64,000 nt of DNA from a virus. The DNA lies in the IMG/VR virus record IMGVR_UViG_3300047091_000002, positions 1-64,000 of that record. One strand, written 5' to 3'. The notes under the pieces are model-generated. The model made no database searches, was not told the DNA's origin, and worked only from the letters and a program-made list of their open reading frames with translations. Numbering within the stretch: position 1 is the first letter of the stretch; each line of letters begins with the position of its first letter. Shown here piece by piece: positions 38,557 to 48,500 of the stretch. The position numbers were made by a program, and so were the translations under genes.

Positions 38557-39381
38557 TTACGGAACTCTTTTAAGTATAAAGTACAATTTGCCAAATTGGT
38601 ATGCTGGCTCTAAAATATATTTAACTGCTCTCCAAGTTTTATTCCAGAAACCATGCACCGGGACTGGATAAAAACTGTCATGTATAAATTTTCTTGTATC
38701 TGTACTTATTCCATGTAAATCTTCTGTAACTCCCGATAGATTAGTTCCTATAGGAGTATAGGCTTTAATTAATCCGTCTGAGTCAATAACGACTGCATTG
38801 AGATTTGAGAGAAGTTCTGCGACTTGGGGTGTCGTAGCCTCGACTAGAGTAGAAAATCCCTTAGAACCCCGTTCTAGCGCCATTACAGCCCCTTGTAGAT
38901 GCGGAGTAGTTTCTTCTATAGCCCGATCTACGTGAAGTATTACTCCAGTCAGGGCTGTACCGTTATTATTTAGTTGTTTAGTTCCCTCTTCTATAAGATT
39001 ACGACTGGCAACTAAATTAGTATCTAAAGTCAACATTCTTTGCTGAACACTGAATGAAATTGATCTGAGTTCAATTCTAGCATCACCTACAAAACCAACT
39101 AATTCGTTTTCTACACGGGTAAGACCTTCTACAGTATCACGACTTCCTTTAGCAACGGCACGAACCTCCTGAATAGTTCCCGTAAGTTCATCTAGGGCAA
39201 TATTTAATTTGGCTGAACTTGCTCCTGCAATATTATTGGCATTACGCCAAGACCATAATGCCCATATCAGCATCAAGCCAATCAAAACAGTTATAGCAAA
39301 ATATCCAGCTTCTCTATAAGTCCGAAATCTCTGTTTGCTTGTCTCAAGATGTTCTCTAACTAAATCTGTATTCTCGCTCAT
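38557..39381 (-). CDS. Single-TM coiled-coil membrane protein (MCE- or i-spanin-like architecture)
   Basis: N-terminal TM (YFAITVLIGLMLIWALW) followed by long amphipathic helices. Confidence 0.55.
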   Translation of the reverse strand: MSENTDLVREHLETSKQRFRTYREAGYFAITVLIGLMLIWALWSWRNANNIAGASSAKLNIALDELTGTIQEVRAVAKGSRDTVEGLTRVENELVGFVGDARIELRSISFSVQQRMLTLDTNLVASRNLIEEGTKQLNNNGTALTGVILHVDRAIEETTPHLQGAVMALERGSKGFSTLVEATTPQVAELLSNLNAVVIDSDGLIKAYTPIGTNLSGVTEDLHGISTDTRKFIHDSFYPVPVHGFWNKTWRAVKYILEPAYQFGKLYFILKRVP

Positions 39382-40661
39382 TATAACTCCAATTTGTACT
39401 GAAATGCCGGAATAACCCTATTATACGTAGGATCATTATCTGCCTCTTTAAGACTGGATAATCTCATATCTCCTACTGGATATTGACGAGTGGATTCAAC
39501 AATCCACTGCGCTATCGGAGTTTGCAATTGCCCAATCGATTGGGCAAAAGTATCAGCTCCATTCATAGGAGGATTGATAAATAAATGTACTCCATTAGAT
39601 AGCAAGGCATAAAGTCCAAAATGTACGTGCCCTACATAAACAATTTGAGCCTTTTCCGCATCGTTTCTACAAGCATTGAATTTATCTATTTGCGTAGAGA
39701 TTGCCTCAATAGGAACTACCTTAGCAGGATTCCCAGTATTAAACACTGTATCCCCGTGCAGAATTAATACATTATGATCAAAGACTTTATAAGTAGTATA
39801 AGGAGTTAAGGGTTGATGAAAATAAAGTCTTTCTTCTTTACGAAATGCTTCTCTAACTATTTCCATTATAATAGTTAAAAAAGAATCGTACTTTTGGCTT
39901 CTGGCTCTTTCCCTACCTTTAACAGTGGTAATCATTCTATCGTGATTACCCGGAGATACAAATACATTGATCTGCGGATAATAATCTAATTCATAATCTA
40001 ATAGAGCAATAAGGTATCTAGCAGTACCTAGAACTTGCCAAGTAATAGGATCAATATTATGATCTTCTGCATGAATTAGACCTTGTATTTGATCTCCGTC
40101 AATATTTAGATTGAGTCCACCGCATTCTTTTCTATGATCTAACTTATAATTCGCAAGTTCAACTGCAAATTTTCCTAGTCTTCGAGCAGCAATTTCCCAA
40201 TTAAAAGCATTTCCTTCTACTTCTCTAGGATCTATAGTGCAACCAAAATGATTATCCGATAAATGTCCCGTAACAAATCTTTCCACTTTTTCCGGTTTAG
40301 GAATATAGACTTTTTTTCTAGTAGATACTTGTATGGGCTGCTCTTTAAGAGCATCAATAACGGATTGTTTAAATTTATCTAATCTATGAAGCTCAGTTCC
40401 AAGTTCCTTTTCAAGTCTGCTTACGTACTTATTTCTTTCCTGAGTACCTCTAATAGCTCCAAGATCCTTAAGACATTCACTACCAAACACGTCTTTTACA
40501 AATGAACTAAAGCTACCGAACCTCTTCCTAAATTCCCATTCTCCATATTGCCCTCCACCTTTTTCATATCTGGAAAAAGTCATATCATAAGATTCAAATT
40601 CAATTGCTTTTGCAGATTTACGTACATCCTCGATAAGATTTTCGTATGTAACTTTACTCAT
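39381..40661 (-). CDS. Metallophosphoesterase (calcineurin-like)
   Basis: SDNHFG, GD, GNHDR, HGD, GHVH motifs. Confidence 0.85.
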   Translation of the reverse strand: MSKVTYENLIEDVRKSAKAIEFESYDMTFSRYEKGGGQYGEWEFRKRFGSFSSFVKDVFGSECLKDLGAIRGTQERNKYVSRLEKELGTELHRLDKFKQSVIDALKEQPIQVSTRKKVYIPKPEKVERFVTGHLSDNHFGCTIDPREVEGNAFNWEIAARRLGKFAVELANYKLDHRKECGGLNLNIDGDQIQGLIHAEDHNIDPITWQVLGTARYLIALLDYELDYYPQINVFVSPGNHDRMITTVKGRERARSQKYDSFLTIIMEIVREAFRKEERLYFHQPLTPYTTYKVFDHNVLILHGDTVFNTGNPAKVVPIEAISTQIDKFNACRNDAEKAQIVYVGHVHFGLYALLSNGVHLFINPPMNGADTFAQSIGQLQTPIAQWIVESTRQYPVGDMRLSSLKEADNDPTYNRVIPAFQYKLEL

Positions 40662-40682
40662 TTTTCTCCTGAGTAGCTGAAA

Positions 40683-41237
40683 TTAATACTTGATTCTATC
40701 GGCAAGTCCTAATTTAACAGCCGATTCGGAATCCATATATGTATCAACATCAAATCTCTTAAGGAATTGTTTTATGGTAACGGGAGGAGTCATTCTACGA
40801 CAAAGAATTTCCCAAGCCCTATTACGAATCCTTTCAGATTCACGGGCATAAGCCGAAACCTCTCGTATTCGAGATTCTGTTATTTTACTATAACCTTCAT
40901 GAAGCATTATAGTAGCATTCGGAGAAAGCTCTCTAATATCGCCTGCTTGTAGAATGACCGTGCCCATAGACATTATATCCCCATAACCAACGATTCTGAC
41001 TCGGTTATTCTTACAATGTCTAATAGCATCATAAATTGCCAAACCATTAGACATGCATCCACCGGGACTATTTAATATTAATGTAATATCGCCAGCGGTA
41101 GAACTTAAAACATGCAAAGCGGATATAATTTTGCTGAATGCTTTTTGTGTTACTTCTCCAGTATAAATAACTGTCCTCGTAGGTATATATAAACCATTAA
41201 TAAACAAATGATCTATATAATCATGCTTTGTTGCCAT
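40683..41237 (-). CDS. clpP: ClpP-like protease
   Basis: LNSPGG....GLAIYDAI, MSMGTVILQAG..R...NATIMLHE, D.YM...AVKLGLAD. Confidence 0.88.
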   Translation of the reverse strand: MATKHDYIDHLFINGLYIPTRTVIYTGEVTQKAFSKIISALHVLSSTAGDITLILNSPGGCMSNGLAIYDAIRHCKNNRVRIVGYGDIMSMGTVILQAGDIRELSPNATIMLHEGYSKITESRIREVSAYARESERIRNRAWEILCRRMTPPVTIKQFLKRFDVDTYMDSESAVKLGLADRIKY

Positions 41238-41242
41238 AAAAT

Positions 41243-41749
41243 CTAACTATTGAATAATAATGATTCCGCCGCCCGTCTTCGCACTAATCCCTTCAACGTT
41301 TTTCCACCAGCTTTTGACCACTTGCCAAATTCTTGACTTGCTCCAGAATAATCACCTTTGTTAATCTTCTTAAGCAACGTAGAATTTCTAAGAGAATTTA
41401 CACCAAGATTAAACGCGAAAGATACAAGTGCGGCAAATTGATTATCTGTTACTGGAACTTTAACTAGATTCTCAACAGGTATTGAATGTATTTTAATATC
41501 CACCCTAAGTAACTCGTTTGCTTCATCTAAAGTAATTCCATTGGGATACAAATCATGCGCTATCATTCCGGCATTAGGAATTTTAGTAGTTAGAAACCCA
41601 TTTCCATACTTGATTGCGTGCCCAAATCCTATCGTATAAATCCCAACCGCGTCAATATATGGATCTAGATTAACCGTTTTAGGATTACCATCTGCAATAC
41701 CTTCAAAACTTTTAATAAGATCGATACCAGCTTGATTTACTTCTCTCAT
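41243..41749 (-). CDS. Endolysin, GH24 lysozyme
   Basis: IKSFEG...YIDAVGIYTIGFGH; NQFAALVSFAFNLG; GLVRRRAAE. Confidence 0.95.
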   Translation of the reverse strand: MREVNQAGIDLIKSFEGIADGNPKTVNLDPYIDAVGIYTIGFGHAIKYGNGFLTTKIPNAGMIAHDLYPNGITLDEANELLRVDIKIHSIPVENLVKVPVTDNQFAALVSFAFNLGVNSLRNSTLLKKINKGDYSGASQEFGKWSKAGGKTLKGLVRRRAAESLLFNS

Positions 41750-42060
41750 TACGGTTCCTTAATAGCTTCTTTATTCATAATATCATTGTGTAATCGGATA
41801 TTTATTCCCTTTTTATCGGGAGTAGGAAAACACTCCAATTCAGTTAATTTATGATTACTTAATATTCTAAAGTAAGTAGCTGCAAAAGCGTTGCGATCAG
41901 ATATTACTTGAGTTTGTATAGTTTGAATTTGAGCTATTAAAAGTTCATTATTCTTGATTGCCTGTTCCGCAATTTCCAAGGATCTTGCAGCAGATTCTAA
42001 TTGAACTTGCTCATCTTCAGTTAGTTCGAGGGAAATTATTTCGTTTAATCCATTATCCAT
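41749..42060 (-). CDS. Hypothetical coiled-coil protein
   Basis: TAATG coupled to endolysin. Confidence 0.6.
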   Translation of the reverse strand: MDNGLNEIISLELTEDEQVQLESAARSLEIAEQAIKNNELLIAQIQTIQTQVISDRNAFAATYFRILSNHKLTELECFPTPDKKGINIRLHNDIMNKEAIKEP

Positions 42061-42088
42061 TAACTATTATACACTCCAATCTCAAAAT

Positions 42089-42190
42089 TTAATTTTCCAG
42101 CAATACAGGAAGACATAATACACAAAATAATATCAGCAAAGCCAATATCTGTATACCTACTTCACGCAGAGTAAATGTTTTATACCTCAT
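42089..42190 (-). CDS. Small TM peptide (33 aa)
   Basis: MRYKTFTLREVGIQILALLILFCVLCLPVLLEN; not in ORF track. Confidence 0.45.
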   Translation of the reverse strand: MRYKTFTLREVGIQILALLILFCVLCLPVLLEN

Positions 42191-42196
42191 TTTTCT

Positions 42197-42637
42197 CTAT
42201 TTAATCCTTTGAATAAGTCTCTTCAACCTATCAAACCAATAGTATACACTAAATCTATGCACTTTGTCAAGTCTTTTCTTTCCTACTGGGTGATATATTT
42301 TTTGCAAGTCGCGATGCAGTAAGTGTCTACTGATTATAAAACAGATAAGTGTTGCTATAGGCGGTCCCAATGCAGTAACATAATGGATAAGATTTACTGG
42401 AATAGTAATATACATACCTAAGATTGGTATAGTGATATAGGCATGGTTTGCCATAGGAGGTAATATTAAAGCCACCATTAATCTTAGTACCAAGCCCAAC
42501 AAAGATACGCTAAAAGCTGCTATTTCCCATTTCCAAGTAGGTGAAGAAAGTTGCTTCTTAAGAGACCATTCTTGGTAGATAAGAAACCCGAATAATAGAA
42601 AATAACCAATTAACCATATTACTACAACAATATCCAT
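42197..42637 (-). CDS. Three-TM membrane protein (holin-like)
   Basis: Three hydrophobic helices and basic C-terminal tail. Confidence 0.55.
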   Translation of the reverse strand: MDIVVVIWLIGYFLLFGFLIYQEWSLKKQLSSPTWKWEIAAFSVSLLGLVLRLMVALILPPMANHAYITIPILGMYITIPVNLIHYVTALGPPIATLICFIISRHLLHRDLQKIYHPVGKKRLDKVHRFSVYYWFDRLKRLIQRIK

Positions 42638-43020
42638 TATATCGCCTGTATATCTAATTTATATTTATGAATAACCGCAGTTAGCATAAATGATGCCGCC
42701 AGTCGCTCTCCAGACGCTTGAGATGGATCGGAAATAAGCGAGTTAAGATCTTTTGCAAATAATTTAGCATCGTCTGTACTTAAAGTTCCCGCTAAATAAC
42801 CGTCAATAAGTTTATCTCTGTCAGGGGTTATTGGATGATGGAGTATAGCAGCGGCATGTTGTTCCATCATGGACCAAAACAAACCTACCTTAGTCTCTAC
42901 CTCTTTAAGTCTATCTAAAACATTACGGGAATCCTGCGACTTATTAAAAAAAGCCTGATACAGGATTCCCAAGACGGTTACTACAATCGCTGCTGTGGCG
43001 AGTATATCAGTTATAGACAT
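42637..43020 (-). CDS. Single-TM membrane protein
   Basis: N-terminal TM then soluble domain. Confidence 0.6.
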   Translation of the reverse strand: MSITDILATAAIVVTVLGILYQAFFNKSQDSRNVLDRLKEVETKVGLFWSMMEQHAAAILHHPITPDRDKLIDGYLAGTLSTDDAKLFAKDLNSLISDPSQASGERLAASFMLTAVIHKYKLDIQAI

Positions 43021-43035
43021 AAACTAAATTAGTTG

Positions 43036-43314
43036 TTATTCGATTTCTACACCATTAAGAATATCTTCATTAATGGAATCGTAACAGTGTAGAAGTAGAT
43101 TAAGACAATCAATACCAGCTTCTTGCTGTTGAGAAGTAAGAACCCCATCAATACGGGTTTGTAGATCAGTTTCACCCATCGAATTATTGATAGATGCTGA
43201 TACTGCACTAGCAGCTAATTTATTGGAGCAGATTAAAAGTTTGCAAGATGCGTTCGCCACTTGACATTTTCCTTTCTTTATGTTAAAATAATTATATGAA
43301 TAACATAAAACCAA
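43036..43314 (-). CDS. Hypothetical protein
   Basis: ORF; true start probably the GTG near 43260 after AAGGA. Confidence 0.45.
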   Translation of the reverse strand: MVLCYSYNYFNIKKGKCQVANASCKLLICSNKLAASAVSASINNSMGETDLQTRIDGVLTSQQQEAGIDCLNLLLHCYDSINEDILNGVEIE

Positions 43315-43946
43315 ATTATGGCCGTTTGAAAATTATAAAAGAAGCGCCAATTCGTAAGAATCATAGATATATGCTATGTCAATGCGAATGTGGAACAATA
43401 AAAGAAGTTGCGTTAACTTCTCTGAAACAAGGATTCACTCTGTCTTGCGGTTGTTTTGGTAAAGAACAACGTCGAAAAGCACTTACAACTCACGGTCTTA
43501 CGAAAACTCCTGAATACTGGGTATTTCAACACATGCATCAAAGATGCGAAAATCCCAAAGATGCGGAATACCACAATTATGGCAAACGCGGAATATGTGT
43601 ATCCCCTAGGTGGAAAACTGTTGATGTTTTCTATAAAGATATGGGACCACGCCCATCTCCGCAACATTCTTTAGACCGCATTGATAACAATAAAGGATAT
43701 TATCCTGAGAACTGTAGGTGGACAACATCGCAGACCCAGAACAATAATAAACGGGTTAATAAAATTATCTCCTTTCAAGGAGAATCATTAACTGTTACTC
43801 AATGGGCTACTAAACTCGGATGGAATCCAAGTATTATATACTCTCGCTTACGAGATAATTGGAATATTGACGATACATTATCCTATCCAATTATTAGAGG
43901 TGGTTGGGCTGCTCGTCGTGCAAGGGGTTGGAACCCAAACATTTAA
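43296..43946 (+). CDS. HNH homing endonuclease inserted antisense in the lysis region
   Basis: LCQCECG, SCGC, HGLTKTPEY, RCENP..YHNYG.RGI.V, SLDRIDNNKGYYPENCRW. Confidence 0.92.
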   Translation: MNNIKPNYGRLKIIKEAPIRKNHRYMLCQCECGTIKEVALTSLKQGFTLSCGCFGKEQRRKALTTHGLTKTPEYWVFQHMHQRCENPKDAEYHNYGKRGICVSPRWKTVDVFYKDMGPRPSPQHSLDRIDNNKGYYPENCRWTTSQTQNNNKRVNKIISFQGESLTVTQWATKLGWNPSIIYSRLRDNWNIDDTLSYPIIRGGWAARRARGWNPNI

Positions 43947-43956
43947 AATAAAATAA

Positions 43957-44256
43957 TTATTTTCTAGTACGTTTTTCAGCATTTTGTAATCCTTGCATTT
44001 CAGCTACAGTTGTAGCTAGAATTTGATATTGCGCGCTAAGATATTCAAGTTTTTGTTGTAGTTGTTGTATGGATTCTTTTTGGCTCTCTTGTCCACGAGA
44101 TATTCCACCGGACCAGTACCCTCCAGCGAGGGTCTGTGCAAAAATAAATATTAAAATAGTTACGCAGATTGCGTATATTCCAACTAAATCCTTCTTATCG
44201 TTATTCCTGATCTCGCTATGAACCGTTGGATGAGTAGAAGAAAGGTGTTGATCCAC
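43957..44256 (-). CDS. Single-TM plus coiled-coil membrane protein (holin-like)
   Basis: TM followed by heptad region. Confidence 0.55.
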   Translation of the reverse strand: MDQHLSSTHPTVHSEIRNNDKKDLVGIYAICVTILIFIFAQTLAGGYWSGGISRGQESQKESIQQLQQKLEYLSAQYQILATTVAEMQGLQNAEKRTRK

Positions 44257-44270
44257 TAACGAGTCTCCTC

Positions 44271-44699
44271 TTACTTTTTAGTTCGCAGAATAGTTGCGAC
44301 AGCGCATCTTTCTCCATTAAACATCCGAGGATGTAAGCCTATGGCTACCGGAAATTCAGAACCATCTTTATGTTGTGCTACCAAGTTCATATCGGTAGTT
44401 CCCATAGGGCGGGACGATGGGAGATGAGAATAGCTGCCAAAATGTTTATCATGATTAGTGTGAAATCTTTCTGGTATAAGAAAATTTAAAGATTTTCCAA
44501 AGAGTTCACCCTCTATATAGCCGAACATTGTATCTGCTAAAGGTGTTGAGTAAACTATCACCCCCTCATCTAACAATACAATGATAGCTGGGACGCATTG
44601 AGAAATAGCATCACTAGCTGCGCTTTTATCAAGCGTGGCTCTTAATGCACTTGCTCTATTTTTAAGATCTTCTAATGAGCTTGTCTCTGAATTAACCAT
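44271..44699 (-). CDS. Stand-alone PAS-domain protein
   Basis: AIIVL..GVIVY...A..MFGY...EL.GKSLNFLIPERF..NH...MG...L.AQHKDGSEFPV.IGL; start at ATG 44699. Confidence 0.9.
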   Translation of the reverse strand: MVNSETSSLEDLKNRASALRATLDKSAASDAISQCVPAIIVLLDEGVIVYSTPLADTMFGYIEGELFGKSLNFLIPERFHTNHDKHFGSYSHLPSSRPMGTTDMNLVAQHKDGSEFPVAIGLHPRMFNGERCAVATILRTKK

Positions 44700-44929
44700 A
44701 TAATAATTCCCGTTATTAACGCAAGTCCTTCCAGTCCTATAGCCCCCATACAACCGTAAACTATAGTCTGTAGTCGCCCGACTTTCTCTTTCTCAACTGC
44801 TGAGTCAACTTCGAGTTTAGATACTCGTAATTCTTGCAATGTATCTAACTTTTTAGAAACTACCTGTAGTTCCTTAACGATATTTTCCATAATGACCGCG
44901 AGTTCGGTCATCTGATCACGTTCTGGCAT
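44672..44929 (-). CDS. Coiled coil plus C-terminal TM protein (XhlA/holin-like)
   Basis: RVSKLE heptads then hydrophobic C-terminal helix. Confidence 0.55.
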   Translation of the reverse strand: MPERDQMTELAVIMENIVKELQVVSKKLDTLQELRVSKLEVDSAVEKEKVGRLQTIVYGCMGAIGLEGLALITGIIIWLIQRQAH

Positions 44930-45214
44930 TTATGATCTTCTTCCACTAAAATAGTAAGCTAAATAGAATAGTATTATAGCAGTTCCCGCAGTTAAAAAGG
45001 CTCTGAGAATCCAAAAATTATCTCCTTCTGGAAATATAGAAATATAAAATCCTAATATTCCAGATGTAATAAAGGTGAAAAGAGGAAGAAGTCTAAGTCT
45101 GCTGGCGATTGGATTAGTTTTATATTTTTGCAGACTAAGAAGTAAAGCTATCGACCCTCCAGCTACACAAAACGACACAATTCCATTAATTACTCCTACC
45201 AGATCATTTTTCAT
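44930..45214 (-). CDS. Three-TM small membrane protein
   Basis: Three hydrophobic segments in 94 aa. Confidence 0.6.
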   Translation of the reverse strand: MKNDLVGVINGIVSFCVAGGSIALLLSLQKYKTNPIASRLRLLPLFTFITSGILGFYISIFPEGDNFWILRAFLTAGTAIILFYLAYYFSGRRS

Positions 45215-45528
45215 TTTCTTCTTACCTCTTGTGCCAAATTCTCGAAAACACTCTTCATATTATCGGTCCCTTTTTCAACCGCGCTCGCTGTCTGTTGAAG
45301 CGCGGTTTCAAGTTTCATTAAATCCTCACGTCGAGCATTCATCGAAGATAATAACTGCTCATCTTTTTTATCAATTCGTTGCATTAGCCATCGAACAATC
45401 AATCCAAATGCTGTAATGAGAAATAAAAGGACTATTAAGATTAATGTAGCACTTAATCCTACTTCCTTTACTGCTTGTGTAGCATCTGAGATAGATTGAA
45501 AAAAATTAAATATATAATAAATATTCAT
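45211..45528 (-). CDS. Single-TM plus coiled-coil protein (BhlA-like holin architecture)
   Basis: TM then helical tail; first gene after tail fibre. Confidence 0.55.
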   Translation of the reverse strand: MNIYYIFNFFQSISDATQAVKEVGLSATLILIVLLFLITAFGLIVRWLMQRIDKKDEQLLSSMNARREDLMKLETALQQTASAVEKGTDNMKSVFENLAQEVRRK

Positions 45529-48500
45529 TATATCAAATATCCGAATAAATCTACTTTTAGTGTTGCTGCACTACCAAATGCACTATTTACTTTTAATTGA
45601 ACCTTAAATCCAGAATTAATTAATTCTCCAGTTGCTATATTAGCAGAAGTATCCGTGTATATAATTTGTTTATATACTGCGCTGCTTGTAAAATATGCTG
45701 CTATATCAGCATTCGTTAAATTACTCGATGTTTCTTCATTTACGGTTCTGAATGATGCGGAAAGAGTCGTGAGATCTGTACTGGGACTTCGTAGAATTAT
45801 TCTAGTTAATACAAGTGTTTTTCCAATCGGCACTGTATAGGCATCCTGCAAGGATGTGGTATTAACATCCAAAATAAATCCGTTTACTAAAATTTGCTCT
45901 GTTGGCGTATCAGACCAGGATAAAATTACATCCCCACTAGATGGTGCAGCAGCCTTGAGAAATTGTCCTGCGGACGGATCATTTGTAGGTAATGTAAAAA
46001 TTAATGCGTTGGTAGCATTTCCGGCTCGGATTGATGTTAAATTAGTTGTTGACGAATTAGCTAACTTAAGTAAACCTGTCTGGGTTGATACTACTCCAAC
46101 CTGGATTGAGGTATTGATTGTCGGAGTCTGAGAAAAACTAGGCGCTCCTGCGTTAGCTGTTAATATACTATTAGCAGCACCTTGAGAAGTAACTTGAATT
46201 GCCGAGGTAGAATTACCATATAAAACACCATTAGATGTAAATGTGGTAGTTCCAGTACCACCTTGTCCTACTACGATACCAGCAGTAGCAGACAACTCAG
46301 TTGTAGTAATTGCCGATAATCTCGCCAGTGGAACAGTGCCCGATCCTAGATCAGATGCAGAAAGAATCGCCCATAAAGCATCTGTTCCATCACTTCTTAA
46401 ATACCTTGCGCTAGAACCTAATGCAAGTCTAACATCATTAGTGCCATCATTAACTATTAAATCACCACGAGTAGTAGTAGGACTTAATGCATCGAATGCA
46501 GCAGTTTGAGTAGATTGACCAGTTCCACCACGAGAAATTGCTAATTGCCCTGACCAACCTAACGTATGCGTAGAGCTAACACTTGTTATAGTAACATTTG
46601 TATCATCTACAAATGTTTGAGTAGATGCAGTTAAACCGTTGAAACTTGTAACTATTGAACTTGCGCCTACAATTATTTCCGAAGAATCGGAAAATAACAT
46701 AACAGCTTCTGTAGCACCTCCCCCATCATCTCTAATAAAAAATCTAGCTTTATTAGCTGCTGGAGCAGATGGAGTAGACATTTCAGTAAACTCTAATGCT
46801 GCACCTGCTACGGCTGGATTCGTAAGAGCAAGAATGCCGGCAGCACTTCGGATAAGTCGCAAGTCAGAACTTCCACCCGAAGCAGATGTAGAACTCCATT
46901 GGAAGTAGGCTGCCGCTTTCTGGGCTATTCCACTTGCATCAATTCTTACATCATCTCCACCAGCAGTTCCTATATTAAAAAAATTAGTTATTACTGACGA
47001 AACGCCCACAAAAGAATATGCATAAGCAGAACAATAATCGCTATCATCAGCAAGTCTAAACCATATAGTAGCAGATTCTCTTTTTATTGCAGGAAACGCA
47101 CTTGATGTACCACCAAATAGTAGCATATCAAAATTGTTACCCGCGTTATTTAACAGGGTTAATTTACTATCAGCAGAGGATTTAATCTGGGATCTGGATG
47201 AAAATATAGATGCTCCGGTAGAAGCCAATGTAAGACTAGAAAATGTAGGAGAGCTAGAAGTTCCAATATCTTGCGAGGTGCCGATAACTACCGACCCTCC
47301 TAAAGATACTGGACTTCCAGAAATCGAAATTTGATTTGTTACTCCCGTTATTGTAATACTAGAGTTTGCAAGTTTAGAGTTGGCTATTGCAGCACTGGAA
47401 TTAATATCCGCATTAAGTATAGAATTTCCTAAACTTAATTTTGAGTAAGCTATCGCAGCGGAAGCACTTACATCAACATTTACTACTGATTTATTCAATA
47501 TAGATGTATAATCTATAGTACCAGTAACAATTACTCCATCGGCATCCACTATAAACTTATCTACTGGGCTGCCAGCCATATCAGTAATATGTATAAGATT
47601 TCCTGTAAATCCTCCTATAGGCACTCTACCACTGAAAAGTGGTCCCGTAGTAAGACTATTACCTATTAAATCGAAGACTGGTTCATCTGTTGCGCTGCCA
47701 TGAATAATCAAAACATCTGCTAATCCGCCCTTAACTATTTTAAAGTATTCTCCATAGTATATCAAATCCATTCCAATAGGGCTATATGACCATAACAAGT
47801 CCTTGAAGGTTGATCCTAAACTATTATAGATAATTAGTTGAGAACCTCCTCCAATACTAATAGAGAAGTCTGTATTAGCAACAGCACTTAATAGATTGGC
47901 TGTGATGCCAGTCTTATCGTTAAGTTTGATTAAATCCAGATATGTAGAGTCATCGAAACTATATTGAAATTTCCACGTTACGTGCTGCTCTCCACCCTCT
48001 ACAACCGGAACAAGATACGTTCTAACATATGAAGTTGTATCGGCGGCTGGACTACCTTCTACATTCCAAGCATGCCCTGTAAATTTAATTGCTGGAGAAT
48101 ATTGCTGATCTACTAACGCCGTAGAAGGAGTATTATTTTCAAGAGATAGTGCATACGTGGGAGTTTCAGCAATTGCATTTTTTATAATAGTTTGAACTAG
48201 ATTAAATACATTAGCAGTGTTCTCAAAAGCTACATTTGAACTAAGTCTTGCATCTGCGAGAGTTCCAGTAGTTAAATCAGTGGCACTACGAGTTGCTAAA
48301 TCGGCTAAACTAGATCCAGATTTAGATATTTTAGTCCAGGCTATTGCGGCTGCGTTATCTATTTGACTATTAGTAATTCCAGCTAAACGATTTACACTTA
48401 AAGTTCCAGATTGAATATCCGCTGCATCTATAGCAGTCCAAGCAGATGTACCTGTTCCAGTTCCCTTTAAGAATATTCCAGAGGTAGGAGTAGAACTTCC

